Assembly: GCA_903884455.1 (NCBI GenBank)
Contig: CAISEW010000019.1
Coordinates: forward strand, 31,752 to 95,751
Source of the DNA: an uncultured Chloroflexota bacterium
GTDB taxonomy: Bacteria; Chloroflexota; Dehalococcoidia; GIF9; AB-539-J10
Direction of reading: 5' to 3'
Length of the DNA: 64,000 nt
Shown here: positions 9,659-18,690 of the stretch, in pieces
Layout: the number at the start of each line of letters is the position of its first letter
Position numbering within the stretch: the stretch's first letter is position 1
The notes under the pieces: model-generated
Seen by the model: the letters and a program-made list of their open reading frames with translations, nothing else
Told to the model about the DNA's origin: nothing
Databases searched by the model: none
Position numbers and translations under genes: made by a program

Positions 9659-10117
9659 ATGGATTCAGGGCAAATCCACATGATAGACGTTACCCAGAAA
9701 AGAGAAACAGAACGCCAGGCAGTAGCCAAAGGCAAGATACAGATGAAGCTGGCTACCTTAGAACTTATCCGTAAAGGGGAACTAGAAAAAGGAGATGTCT
9801 TAGCCGTAGCAAAAACGGCGGGAATCATGGCTGCCAAAGAAACTCACCGTCTTATACCTCTGTGTCACCCTCTCCAGCTCACCCACATTGCAATTGAATT
9901 TCATCTCCCTAACAATGGCAATTTTGTTGAGATCACCGCCAGCGCCAAGGGAATAGGGAAAACAGGATTTGAAATGGAAGCGCTAGTAGCAGTATCTGTA
10001 AGCGCTCTGACTATTTATGACATGTGCAAGGCAGTGGACAGAAGTATGACTATTGGAGAGATTCGCTTGGTGAGGAAGAGTGGAGGCAAAAGTGGGCTTT
10101 ACGTGGCTGGCGGATAG
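9659..10117 (+). CDS. moaC: Cyclic pyranopterin monophosphate synthase MoaC
   Basis: MIDVTQKRETERQA, IPLCHPL and DMCKAVDR motifs. ATG 9659 lies 6 nt after GGAGG; the ORF-track TTG 9653 is less likely. Confidence 0.9.
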   Translation: MDSGQIHMIDVTQKRETERQAVAKGKIQMKLATLELIRKGELEKGDVLAVAKTAGIMAAKETHRLIPLCHPLQLTHIAIEFHLPNNGNFVEITASAKGIGKTGFEMEALVAVSVSALTIYDMCKAVDRSMTIGEIRLVRKSGGKSGLYVAGG

Positions 10118-10148
10118 GATAGAAGGGCAACCTTAGACAATTCCAGCT

Positions 10149-10808
10149 TCACTTTTCTTTGCCCGTGGCGTGCATCCAGGGTTTGACAATTATTTCCTCA
10201 AGTGGAAGTCGTGGCCGAGGTGGAGGAATCTGCCCAGCAGCATAGCCTACCGGTATTACAGCCACCGGCAATAACGTATCATCCAAGCCGAACAAGCGGT
10301 TTATCTCAGCAGGGTCCTCAAATCCCCCTACCCAGCAGGTGCTTAACCCCAGCGCCGTAGCCATCAACACTAGATGCTCAATAGCAATATAGGTATTCGC
10401 CACCACCGGCGTAACCAATTGCTCGCGAGGTGGAATTGGTAAAGAGTCTATATAGGCAATAAACTCAGGATCAGCAAAAAGACCTGATGCCGTACTCGCC
10501 ACTCCTGAATCCACAGATTCTTGTCGCCTCTTCTTCCTGGCTGTGTCGGAGTATCGCTCAAAATCACCGAAGCAGACAATTACTACCGGCACTTCCTCGA
10601 TAAATCGCTGTCGCAAGCATATACGGCTGAGTTGCTTCCTGATTTCTTTGTCTCGCACTACCAGAAAGCGCCACGGCTGACGGTTGCTCGCCGATGGTGC
10701 CAGTCTGGCTGCTTCAAGCATCTGGTTCACCATATCTTCCGGGATATCATCCGGGACAAACTTACGGATACTGCGCCGCCTTTTTATTGCTTCCCAAACT
10801 GTAAACAT
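10149..10808 (-). CDS. Nitroreductase-family protein
   Basis: 219 aa. N-terminal RRSIRKF, then APSASNRQPWRF, typical of the NAD(P)H-flavin nitroreductase fold. Confidence 0.8.
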   Translation of the reverse strand: MFTVWEAIKRRRSIRKFVPDDIPEDMVNQMLEAARLAPSASNRQPWRFLVVRDKEIRKQLSRICLRQRFIEEVPVVIVCFGDFERYSDTARKKRRQESVDSGVASTASGLFADPEFIAYIDSLPIPPREQLVTPVVANTYIAIEHLVLMATALGLSTCWVGGFEDPAEINRLFGLDDTLLPVAVIPVGYAAGQIPPPRPRLPLEEIIVKPWMHATGKEK

Positions 10809-10862
10809 ACTTTTATCCTCTATTCCGATAATAAGCCGCCAATTTCCCCCCTATTGACTATG

Positions 10863-11318
10863 CTATTCATTTAATTCTTGCAGCACCATCTTAACTACTT
10901 CGGGAATTGCCTGTTCCACTTTGGGCGTGCATTTCTCGCTGAAGTTAGTAATGTCTTTTGCCTCCACAGCGAATATAGTGATCTCTTGAGGCATTGCCAA
11001 GTTGAGCATCTTCCCTAATTCCAGAGCGGTAACCAGGTTTACTTGATGAGGTGAGGAAAAGTGTTTGGTGAGGGAGAAGTCTTCAGTCCCCATACGATAT
11101 ATCTGGCCGGTATTCCCTTCCTTGGTTTGGATGGCATCAATGATAATAACTTTATCATAGCCGACAATAGAATCTAAAAGGCTAAGGCCAGCTGCACTTG
11201 TTTCAGCTACAGTTACCTGGGGGTTGTTGAGTTGGTTTGCCACCTCGTGCGCCACCTGAATCCCCACGCCATCGTCAGATAAAATAGGATTCCCTAACCC
11301 TAAAACCAGGGTTTTCAT
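10863..11318 (-). CDS. [NiFe] hydrogenase maturation endopeptidase
   Basis: 151 aa. LGLGNPILSDDGVG N-terminus and a conserved ...SPHQ... segment (HycI/HyaD/FrhD family). Immediately downstream of the large subunit. Confidence 0.8.
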   Translation of the reverse strand: MKTLVLGLGNPILSDDGVGIQVAHEVANQLNNPQVTVAETSAAGLSLLDSIVGYDKVIIIDAIQTKEGNTGQIYRMGTEDFSLTKHFSSPHQVNLVTALELGKMLNLAMPQEITIFAVEAKDITNFSEKCTPKVEQAIPEVVKMVLQELNE

Positions 11319-11337
11319 TTCGATTTGCGAAGACTTG

Positions 11338-12807
11338 TTAAGAGATGCCCTGGCTCAGTTTCTTAACCTCATTGCCCTGGGCATCATAAATGGTCACTTC
11401 CAAAGGCAGCTGCCCGGGCAAAGCGTGTGTAGCACAAGACATACATGGGTCATAGGGGCGCCATGCCATCTCAATACGGTTAAGTAATCCCTCAGTTATC
11501 TTTACTCCGGGCTTTATGAGATCTTCGGCTGCTTTCTTAATTGACATGAATAAAGGAGCATGGTTATTGGTAGTGCCCACGATCAAGTTGCACTTCTTTA
11601 TAACCCCTTTTTCGTCAGTTATGTAATGATGGGTGAGAGTGCCCCTCGGTGCCTCCACAATACCTACCCCTTCATCAGGCGTCGCCGTCGGTATGTTGCG
11701 AATATCCGGGCTGGTTATTTCCGGATCTCGGCTAAGCTCCAGCAACCTTTCAGCAGCATAAAGAAGTTCAATCAGGCGTGCCCAGTGGGTCGCCAGAGTA
11801 TAGTTAGCTGGCTTGCCTCCCAGAGTGGAGTACATCCTTTCATATTCTTGCTGGGCTAGAGGAGTTGCCATGCCATCGGCAGCATTCAGCCGGGACAGAG
11901 GTGTGGCTCGATACACTCCACTGTCTTTGCCATCAACAAAACCTTTCCAGCCAATTTTCTTGAGATAAGGAAACTTGAGATATGTCCAGGGCTCGACTCG
12001 TTCAGCTATATGTTCCAGATATTCCCGGGGAGCATACTTGCAGAACTCTTTGCCATCAGGGCCAACCACACGAACTTTACCATCATAAAAGTTGACCTTA
12101 TTGTTTTTATCGACTAAGCCCATATTATAGGACTTTTGGGTAAAGGTATCGCTCAGGATCATGTCCAAGTAGGTTTTATTCTTGAGAACAACATCGTCGA
12201 AAACTTTGAGCGTTAATTTGGCGAACTCTATCGATCCTTTGGCTATCTCCTCTATCTTGGCTCTTTCCTCTTCATTTATGGCCCTGCTCACACCGCCAGG
12301 CAGTCCAAAACAAGGGTGTATTGGACGGCCACCAACTGTCTGGATAATCCAGTGATTTTGTTTACGGGTATTGATTACAGCACCACCTAGCTCCAATCCT
12401 ACCTTGCCGATTACTCCAAGGATATTGCGTTCCGCAGGTGAAGCGTCCGGCCCCATAACAAAATCAGGTCCAGCGAGAATGTAAAAGTGGGTGGTATGGT
12501 CAGTTACGTAGAAAGCACTATAAAGGAGCTCACGCAGCTTTTTGGCAGTGCTGGTTGGTTCGACATGAAACAGGTCATCTAAGGCTTTGGTTGCTGCCAT
12601 GTGGTGGGCTTCAGGGCAAACGCCACAGATACGCTGAGTTATCTGGGGCATATCCTCAGCTATGCGGCCTTCAGAAAATTTCTCAAACCCTCTGAGTTCG
12701 GGAATCTGAAGATAGGTATTGGCTACACTGCCATCCTCATTGAGAAAGATGGTAATCTTGCCATGGCCTTCAAGACGGGTAATGGGATCAATCGTTATCT
12801 TCTTCAT
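11338..12807 (-). CDS. mvhA: [NiFe] hydrogenase large subunit, group-3 (Mvh/Vhu-like)
   Basis: RLEGHGKI, QRICGVCPEAHH (RxCGxCxxxH) and C-terminal DPCMSCATHA (DPCxxCxxH). No signal peptide or membrane partner. Linked to MvhG- and MvhD-like genes. Confidence 0.85.
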   Translation of the reverse strand: MKKITIDPITRLEGHGKITIFLNEDGSVANTYLQIPELRGFEKFSEGRIAEDMPQITQRICGVCPEAHHMAATKALDDLFHVEPTSTAKKLRELLYSAFYVTDHTTHFYILAGPDFVMGPDASPAERNILGVIGKVGLELGGAVINTRKQNHWIIQTVGGRPIHPCFGLPGGVSRAINEEERAKIEEIAKGSIEFAKLTLKVFDDVVLKNKTYLDMILSDTFTQKSYNMGLVDKNNKVNFYDGKVRVVGPDGKEFCKYAPREYLEHIAERVEPWTYLKFPYLKKIGWKGFVDGKDSGVYRATPLSRLNAADGMATPLAQQEYERMYSTLGGKPANYTLATHWARLIELLYAAERLLELSRDPEITSPDIRNIPTATPDEGVGIVEAPRGTLTHHYITDEKGVIKKCNLIVGTTNNHAPLFMSIKKAAEDLIKPGVKITEGLLNRIEMAWRPYDPCMSCATHALPGQLPLEVTIYDAQGNEVKKLSQGIS

Positions 12808-13763
12808 TTTATTCTTGCCCTCCTAAGTAGTGAATCTGGCAGACTGTAACGGTAGAAAGTGCCTGCCGGGTCAGGAATATCGTCAATTATCTTTTGAATC
12901 TCCTCAGGGTCGTTGGAGTCAATGATAGACGAGAGAGCACTCAAAAAATGAGCTCCCTGGTCAATTACTCCTTCCACTGGTCCATAACAGCCAGTGCAAC
13001 GCATATTGGCCTGAGGGCAGAGAGCACCACAGCCACCCCGAGTAGCCACGCCGTAGCACAAGAATCCCTGTTCCAGTAGACACCGTTCCGCCTCAGGGAT
13101 TTTTTCGTAAGCTCGATAGAACTTTTTGATTTTCTTTTCCTCTTTCTTACGGGGACACTCATCGCAAACAGCCTTTATCGAATGACTTATGACAGTCCCT
13201 TTCGGTGGTAACTTGCCTGTAATCAAAGCTTCGAGGGCAAGCCAGGTAGTCCTTTCCTCCGGGGGACAACCAGGAACGAAATAATCCACATCTACGGTTT
13301 GGGCTAAGGTTTTAACTGTATCATAAAGCTCAGGAAGCTCAAGCTCACCCTCAGGTACTTTAACTTTCGTCTGAGGGAAAATTTTCTTAGGATTGTCAGT
13401 TGACGGCGTTTCAATGTAGGCACGTTCGAATGTCATCTGCCGGTTGTAGAAATTGGACAGCCCGGGGATACAGCCTTCATAAGCACAAGAGCCATAGGCT
13501 ATCATTACCTTGGATTTGGCTCGCAGGAGATGGGCCATGTGCTCGTTCTCTTCATTCCGAATAGCTCCGTTGAAAAGACAGACATCTACACTTTTATCAG
13601 GCATCTTCTCTACGTCAGCATACTTGAAATCCAGGCCCACCGGCCAGAACACGATGTCGGCAACTTCAGCTAGCTTCAGTATCTTTTCATGTATAGCCAG
13701 AGTCGCAATCTCACATCCACCACAACTAGCCGCCCAATAAAGAGCTATCTTAAGTTTAGCCAT
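12804..13763 (-). CDS. mvhG: [NiFe] hydrogenase small subunit (MvhG-like) with Cys-rich C-terminal Fe-S region
   Basis: ASCGGCEIA near the N-terminus, [18 protein letters not shown], and C-terminal CDECP / [15 protein letters not shown]...RCTGCYGP. No Tat signal. Confidence 0.8.
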   Translation of the reverse strand: MAKLKIALYWAASCGGCEIATLAIHEKILKLAEVADIVFWPVGLDFKYADVEKMPDKSVDVCLFNGAIRNEENEHMAHLLRAKSKVMIAYGSCAYEGCIPGLSNFYNRQMTFERAYIETPSTDNPKKIFPQTKVKVPEGELELPELYDTVKTLAQTVDVDYFVPGCPPEERTTWLALEALITGKLPPKGTVISHSIKAVCDECPRKKEEKKIKKFYRAYEKIPEAERCLLEQGFLCYGVATRGGCGALCPQANMRCTGCYGPVEGVIDQGAHFLSALSSIIDSNDPEEIQKIIDDIPDPAGTFYRYSLPDSLLRRARIK

Positions 13764-14199
13764 GTTTTGCCTCCTTAGAACTCTGCTTGGAAGGACCTAA
13801 CGAACTTGGCCCAAGGTTTCTTACGGTTTGAGTAAAATTATTAGTTACCTCAGCAAATCTTGCTCCTTCAGACGCGGAAACCCACTCCAGCCGAACTCTT
13901 TCTTCCTCTATCCCAAACTGTTTCAACATCTTCTTCAGCAGCGGGATACGACGCATTGTCTTGTAATTTCCTTCAATGTAGTGGCAATCGCCAGGATGGC
14001 AACCAAGAACTAACACGCCATCAGCACCAATGCTGAGTGCCTTAAGCACAAAGAGAGGATTTACCCTGCCGCTACACATCACTCTGATTACCCTTATGTT
14101 GGGAGAATACTGTATTCTGGAAGTGCCAGCCAGGTCAGCACCAGCATAAGAGCACCAATTACAGCAAAAAGCTACTATTTTTGGTTCAAAGTTATCCAT
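13756..14199 (-). CDS. mvhD: MvhD-type hydrogenase iron-sulfur subunit (copy 1)
   Basis: [18 protein letters not shown] and GCHPGDCHY, hallmark MvhD/FlpD motifs. Confidence 0.85.
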   Translation of the reverse strand: MDNFEPKIVAFCCNWCSYAGADLAGTSRIQYSPNIRVIRVMCSGRVNPLFVLKALSIGADGVLVLGCHPGDCHYIEGNYKTMRRIPLLKKMLKQFGIEEERVRLEWVSASEGARFAEVTNNFTQTVRNLGPSSLGPSKQSSKEAKHG

Positions 14200-14318
14200 C
14201 TATCCTCCTAATTAAACAAAAAGGGTAGTCCTGATCCACCCTTACCTGCCAGCCTGATAACACAAGCCCGCAATGATAGCACGTCTGTCCAAAAAAAACA
14301 ACCCTCCAAATATCCACG

Positions 14319-15731
14319 TCAGTTAGAATTTCTCAACCATGTATCAATATCCGTAGCTGCTCGCCGGCCTGCCCCCATGGCGCTAATAACCGTGGCTGCC
14401 CCAGTAGCCATATCTCCCCCACACCAAACTCTGTCCTTGCTCGTCCTCCCTGTGGCCTCATCGGTCAATACGGTGCCCCACTTAGTGAGTTTAAGCCCTT
14501 TGGTTGTTGAGGGAATAATCGGATTAGGCCTTGTGCCCAGAGCAGGGATTGCCGTATCTATCTCCATTATGAACTCAGAGCCTGGCTTTTTAATGGGCCG
14601 TGGCCGGCCACTTGCATCAGGCTCACCTAGTTCCATTTCATGTAACTCCACTGCCTTGACTCTACCTCGCCCATCACCGAGGAACTTGCTGGGATTGGTC
14701 AAAAGCTTGAAAATGACTCCCTCTTCTTCGGCATTCTCTCTCTCTTCAAGTCTGGCAGGCATCTCCGCTTTGGAGCGCCGATAGATAATATAAACTTCTT
14801 CTGCTCCAAGTCTCAAAGCACATCTGGAGGCATCCATAGCTACATTTCCGGCGCCAAATACTGCCACCCGCTTCCCTACTTGTATTGGAGTATCATACTC
14901 AGGGAAGAGGTATGCTTTCATCAGGTTTGTCCGAGTAAGAAATTCATTAGCAGAATAAATACCACTCAGGTTCTCCCCGGGGATATCTAGGAACATTGGC
15001 GCCCCAGCCCCGGGAGCTAAGAAGACGGCATCAAAACCATTTTCCAGAAGCTCATCTACAGTAGCTATTTTGCCGATAACATGATCAAGCTTGATTTCCA
15101 CACCCAGTGATTTCACATAATCGACCTCACCTTGAACGATCATCTTGGGCAATCTAAACTCGGGGATGCCGTACATCAGTACCCCACCGGCCACGTGCAG
15201 TGCCTCAAAAATAGTGACTCTGTACCCAAGCTTTGCTAGGTCAGCGGCACAGGTTAGACCTGCTGGCCCAGAACCAATTATAGCCACCTTCTTACCATTG
15301 AAGCTTATTTGCCCCTTTTGCTGTTTCGTAATTTCTGGGTGAGCTCTTTCCCAATCAGCCACATATCGCTCCAATCTGCCAATAGCAATCGGGCCGCCTT
15401 TTTTGGCCAGGTTACAAGTCATCTCGCATTGTGTTTCCTGAGGGCAAACACGACCACAAATGCCGGGGAGGCTATTCTTGCTCTTAAGTATTCTTACTGC
15501 CTCGGGCATATCACCTGCCCCTATTGCCTTTATAAATTCGGGGATGTCCACATTGACCGGGCAACCCCCCTTGCAACCAGCTTTCTTGCATGCAATGCAA
15601 CGACTGGCTTCCTCCAGAGCTTTCTCGTCGGTATATCCCAGAGCTACTTCGTTGAAATTCCTCTTCCTTACTTCCGGAGCCTGCTTTGGTATCGGCACTC
15701 GGTTTAAATTCAGTTTTGATTTTTCAGCCAT
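14319..15731 (-). CDS. nfnB: NfnB/GltD/SudA-type NADPH-dependent oxidoreductase, large subunit
   Basis: 470 aa. N-terminal Cys clusters (CIACKKAGCKGGCP; CGRVCPQETQCEMTC). Two Rossmann motifs (IIGSGPAGL, VFGAGNVAMD). Paired with an NfnA-like gene directly upstream in the transcription direction. Confidence 0.8.
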   Translation of the reverse strand: MAEKSKLNLNRVPIPKQAPEVRKRNFNEVALGYTDEKALEEASRCIACKKAGCKGGCPVNVDIPEFIKAIGAGDMPEAVRILKSKNSLPGICGRVCPQETQCEMTCNLAKKGGPIAIGRLERYVADWERAHPEITKQQKGQISFNGKKVAIIGSGPAGLTCAADLAKLGYRVTIFEALHVAGGVLMYGIPEFRLPKMIVQGEVDYVKSLGVEIKLDHVIGKIATVDELLENGFDAVFLAPGAGAPMFLDIPGENLSGIYSANEFLTRTNLMKAYLFPEYDTPIQVGKRVAVFGAGNVAMDASRCALRLGAEEVYIIYRRSKAEMPARLEERENAEEEGVIFKLLTNPSKFLGDGRGRVKAVELHEMELGEPDASGRPRPIKKPGSEFIMEIDTAIPALGTRPNPIIPSTTKGLKLTKWGTVLTDEATGRTSKDRVWCGGDMATGAATVISAMGAGRRAATDIDTWLRNSN

Positions 15732-15742
15732 TTTTACACTAC

Positions 15743-16612
15743 TTAGACTCGCCTAGGTAATTCGGATAATTCTGCAAGCCGACGCAGGTTATCAGGTTGC
15801 CATAGGTCAAATGCCCGTGCCTCTTCTCTTAGATAAGCTCGTTTCCGCTTAATCAGCAGTTCCCAATCCACCAAGTGCCCATCGAATTCGGGGCCATCAA
15901 CGCAAGTGAATTTCGTTTCGCCGCCCACAGAGACTCGACAGCAACCACACATACCTGTGCCGTCAACCATTATTGGGGTCAGACCAACAATAGTCTTAAC
16001 CCCAAACGGTTTCGTTGCCTTGGAGCATTCCATCATCGTAAACACACGTCCAAATATGAATACCCTATCGAGCTTGTTACCTGATTCTAAATATTCTTTG
16101 ACGAACTGATTCGCCTGCCTATATTTCCCACGGCTTCCATCTCCCAAAACAACATGGGTTTCATCACTCACACTCCTTAATCTATCCTCCCAGAATAGAT
16201 AGGTTTTGTCTCTTGCCTCCGTTACTGAAACTACCTTGTTGCCCTTTTTCTTTAGAGCCTTCACCAGGGTTATCGCAGGGCCTACACCAAACGTACTGCA
16301 AACAGTCATAGTTTTACCATAGGATTCGATTTCCGTTGGCCTGCCCAAGGGCCCCACTACATCCATGATGCGGTCGCCTTCTCCAAGAGAGGAAAGCTTC
16401 ATGGTGCTTCTTCCCATGATGAGGAAGAGAACTTCAAGTGTCCCTCCCTTCTCGTCCCAACCAGTTAGCGACAAAGGAAACCTCTCCCCAACCTCATCTA
16501 TTCGCAATATGACAAACTGGCCTGGTTTAGCTTTTCGGGCAATTTCGGGAGCTTCTACCTTAAGATAAACTGTGTTGGGAACAAGGACCTCCCTTTTCAG
16601 TATTTTATACAT
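15743..16612 (-). CDS. nfnA: NfnA/SudB-type ferredoxin-NADP reductase-like small subunit
   Basis: Start set at MYKILKREVL (ATG 16612-16610 after GGAGG). FNR-like fold sequence. C-terminal [2Fe-2S] motif GMCGCCRVSVGGETKFTCVDGP. The 18 extra codons of the ORF-track call read through the hdrA relic. Confidence 0.8.
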   Translation of the reverse strand: MYKILKREVLVPNTVYLKVEAPEIARKAKPGQFVILRIDEVGERFPLSLTGWDEKGGTLEVLFLIMGRSTMKLSSLGEGDRIMDVVGPLGRPTEIESYGKTMTVCSTFGVGPAITLVKALKKKGNKVVSVTEARDKTYLFWEDRLRSVSDETHVVLGDGSRGKYRQANQFVKEYLESGNKLDRVFIFGRVFTMMECSKATKPFGVKTIVGLTPIMVDGTGMCGCCRVSVGGETKFTCVDGPEFDGHLVDWELLIKRKRAYLREEARAFDLWQPDNLRRLAELSELPRRV

Positions 16613-16629
16613 ATCAGCCTCCAGAACAT

Positions 16630-16802
16630 TACTTCCTTGATGAGTTCCTGCCCAGGGTCTGAGCAAATATACCGATAGTCGCGGGCAATCACTACATGAG
16701 GCAAGGTGGCAGCATATTTTGCCAGTTCCTCACATCAACCGTGCCCGCAATGTTTAACCCACAGTGACAGATGTAAACTCCAATCCTTTTCTCATTCTCC
16801 AT
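16630..16802 (-). pseudogene. Frameshifted, truncated relic of an hdrA N-terminal domain
   Basis: It keeps an RBS (GAAGGTGA) and an ATG. MENEKRIGVYICHCGLNIAGTVDV, then a 1-nt frame slip, then ELAKYAATLPHVVIARDYRYICSDPGQELIKE. By my hand alignment, about three quarters of positions are identical to residues 1-56 of the HdrA at 23012-25003. Homology stops at the nfnA RBS. Confidence 0.7.
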
Positions 16803-16990
16803 ATGCACAGTCACCTTCTAGCTGCAATCCTCTTCATAATCTAATAACACTCTCATAAAAATCTCTTTTCTTGATAAGAGAGGAGTAGGATAAGAGTGAG
16901 TTCGGCAGCCTTTCTCCCTTTCTCTAATTTCCTCTTGCCAGGGAAAGAGGCTTTCTAGTTTTGGCAATGGGTATTAATCGTTACAATTCC

Positions 16991-18685
16991 TTAACTAAAT
17001 AGAGCTTCTACCTGAGCTAAGATTTGCTCATCAGTGAAGTGGTGCATGGAAATAGCTCCTGATGGGCAGGCAGCACCGCAGGTGCCACAACCCTTGCATA
17101 CTGCTTCATTGATATGGGACACCCTCTTCCCATCTCTAGGCTGAAGCTCAATAGCCTGAAAGGGGCACAAGACTTCGCAAACTCCACAGCCTGAGCATTC
17201 ATCCTCATTGACAAATCCATTTATTGCCTCAGCCTTGACATAGCCCATTCTCAGGGGACCGGCTGCTTTTGCAGCAGCGGCGTAGGCTTGAGAAATTCCT
17301 TCAGTTATATCTGTAGGCCAGCGTGCTGAGCCACAGATATAAATTCCGTCCATGGCAAACTCTACAGGGCGGAGCTTTAAGTGTGCTTCCAGGAGGAAAC
17401 CAAACTCATCTAAGGAGACTTTAAGCATTTTGGAGATATCTTGGTTATCCTCGGCAGGGATAAGAGGAGTAGTTAAAACAAGCATATCACAGGGAAGTTC
17501 TATTTCCCTTCTCCATAATTCATGATACACCTTTATCTTTTCAACCTTTTTATCTCCGATAACTTCGGGAGGCCTTTCTAAGCTATATCTAATGAATCTA
17601 ACTCCTAACTCCATGGCTTTCCGATAATAGTTCTCGAAGTCTACACCATAAGTCATGAGGTCTCGGTGCAATATCCAGACCTTTGCCTTGGGATTTGATT
17701 CCTTAATAAGAAAGGCGTTTTTAATTGCCGTCATACAGCAGATTCTGCTGCAATAAGTTCTCTCAGGAACCCGAGCTCCCACACAATTGATCATCACAAC
17801 GTTCTGACCCAAGGATTCCCCTCTCTTCATTCGTCCCTCTAGCTCCAGTTGAGTGAGTACATTGGTCATCTTCCCATAGCCATATTGACCCGTCGGTTTT
17901 AACGCGTCAGCTCCGATGGCTACTATAATGGTACCCACATTGAATTTGTTCTCCTCTCCCTTCCCATCCAGATTGACATTGAAGTTGCCTATAAAGCCGG
18001 TTACTTGTTTTACTTTGGACGAGAGATAAGTCTTGATCTTGGGGTGGCTTTTAACTTGTTCAACAAGTGGTTTGATTAACTTCACTGCCTCTTGATTCGT
18101 GGGAAAAAGCTTATTAATACTGCGAAGAGTCCCCCCAAGTTCTGGCTCCTTCTCCACTAAATGAATATCAAAACCCTGCCTGGCCAGGTTTAAGGCTGCC
18201 TCCATTCCCACAACTCCTCCACCAATCACCAATGCCGAAGGAGCCACCTTTATTTCAATCTCCTCCAATGGCTCCAGCAACCTGGCTTTGGCCACTCCCA
18301 TCCTTATCAGGTCTTTAGCCTTTTCCGTAGCTTTCTGAGGCTCACGCATATGCACCCAGGAGCATTGGTCTCTTATGTTAACAAACTCGAAAAGATATTT
18401 GTTCAAGCCCGCTTCTTCACAAGCAGCTCGAAAGAGCGGCTCATGGGTTCTAGGAGTACAGGAAGCTACTAGGACCCGATTTAAATTGTATTCCTTTATC
18501 CCTTTCTTAATTGCTGAAATCCCTTCCTCAGAACAGGTGAATAAATTGCGTTCAGCATGCACTACGTTTGGTAGTTGTTTGGCATATTCCACAACGTCCG
18601 GGACGTTGACATATGCCCCGATATTTATGCCACAATGACAAACAAAAACTCCGATACGAGGATGAGAAAGATCTTTTTCTTCCAT
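16991..18685 (-). CDS. HdrA-like flavoprotein lacking the inserted ferredoxin domain
   Basis: 564 aa. N-terminal GVFVCHCGINIG domain, FAD motif VIGGGVVGMEAAL, NCVGAR...YCSRICCM, and a C-terminal 2x[4Fe-4S] (CSGCGVCEVLCP, CKGCGTCGAACP). The FPTxDCxxC motif is replaced by FPTNQEAV, and there is no Cys cluster in the middle. Confidence 0.8.
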   Translation of the reverse strand: MEEKDLSHPRIGVFVCHCGINIGAYVNVPDVVEYAKQLPNVVHAERNLFTCSEEGISAIKKGIKEYNLNRVLVASCTPRTHEPLFRAACEEAGLNKYLFEFVNIRDQCSWVHMREPQKATEKAKDLIRMGVAKARLLEPLEEIEIKVAPSALVIGGGVVGMEAALNLARQGFDIHLVEKEPELGGTLRSINKLFPTNQEAVKLIKPLVEQVKSHPKIKTYLSSKVKQVTGFIGNFNVNLDGKGEENKFNVGTIIVAIGADALKPTGQYGYGKMTNVLTQLELEGRMKRGESLGQNVVMINCVGARVPERTYCSRICCMTAIKNAFLIKESNPKAKVWILHRDLMTYGVDFENYYRKAMELGVRFIRYSLERPPEVIGDKKVEKIKVYHELWRREIELPCDMLVLTTPLIPAEDNQDISKMLKVSLDEFGFLLEAHLKLRPVEFAMDGIYICGSARWPTDITEGISQAYAAAAKAAGPLRMGYVKAEAINGFVNEDECSGCGVCEVLCPFQAIELQPRDGKRVSHINEAVCKGCGTCGAACPSGAISMHHFTDEQILAQVEALFS

Positions 18686-18690
18686 GGCCC

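Noticed and set aside
14214-14243. Possible minus-strand terminator between nfnB and mvhD (aagggt-11 nt-accctt-tttgttt)
   Set aside because: The stem is only 6 bp with a large loop, and it sits immediately before the mvhD RBS. This is too weak to call, though the 119-nt gap may still hold a regulatory site.
16613-16666. Extended start of the nfnA ORF (MLRPWAGTHQGSNVLEAD...)
   Set aside because: These codons are an out-of-frame reading of the hdrA relic. GGAGG-ATG at 16612 gives a normal NfnA N-terminus.
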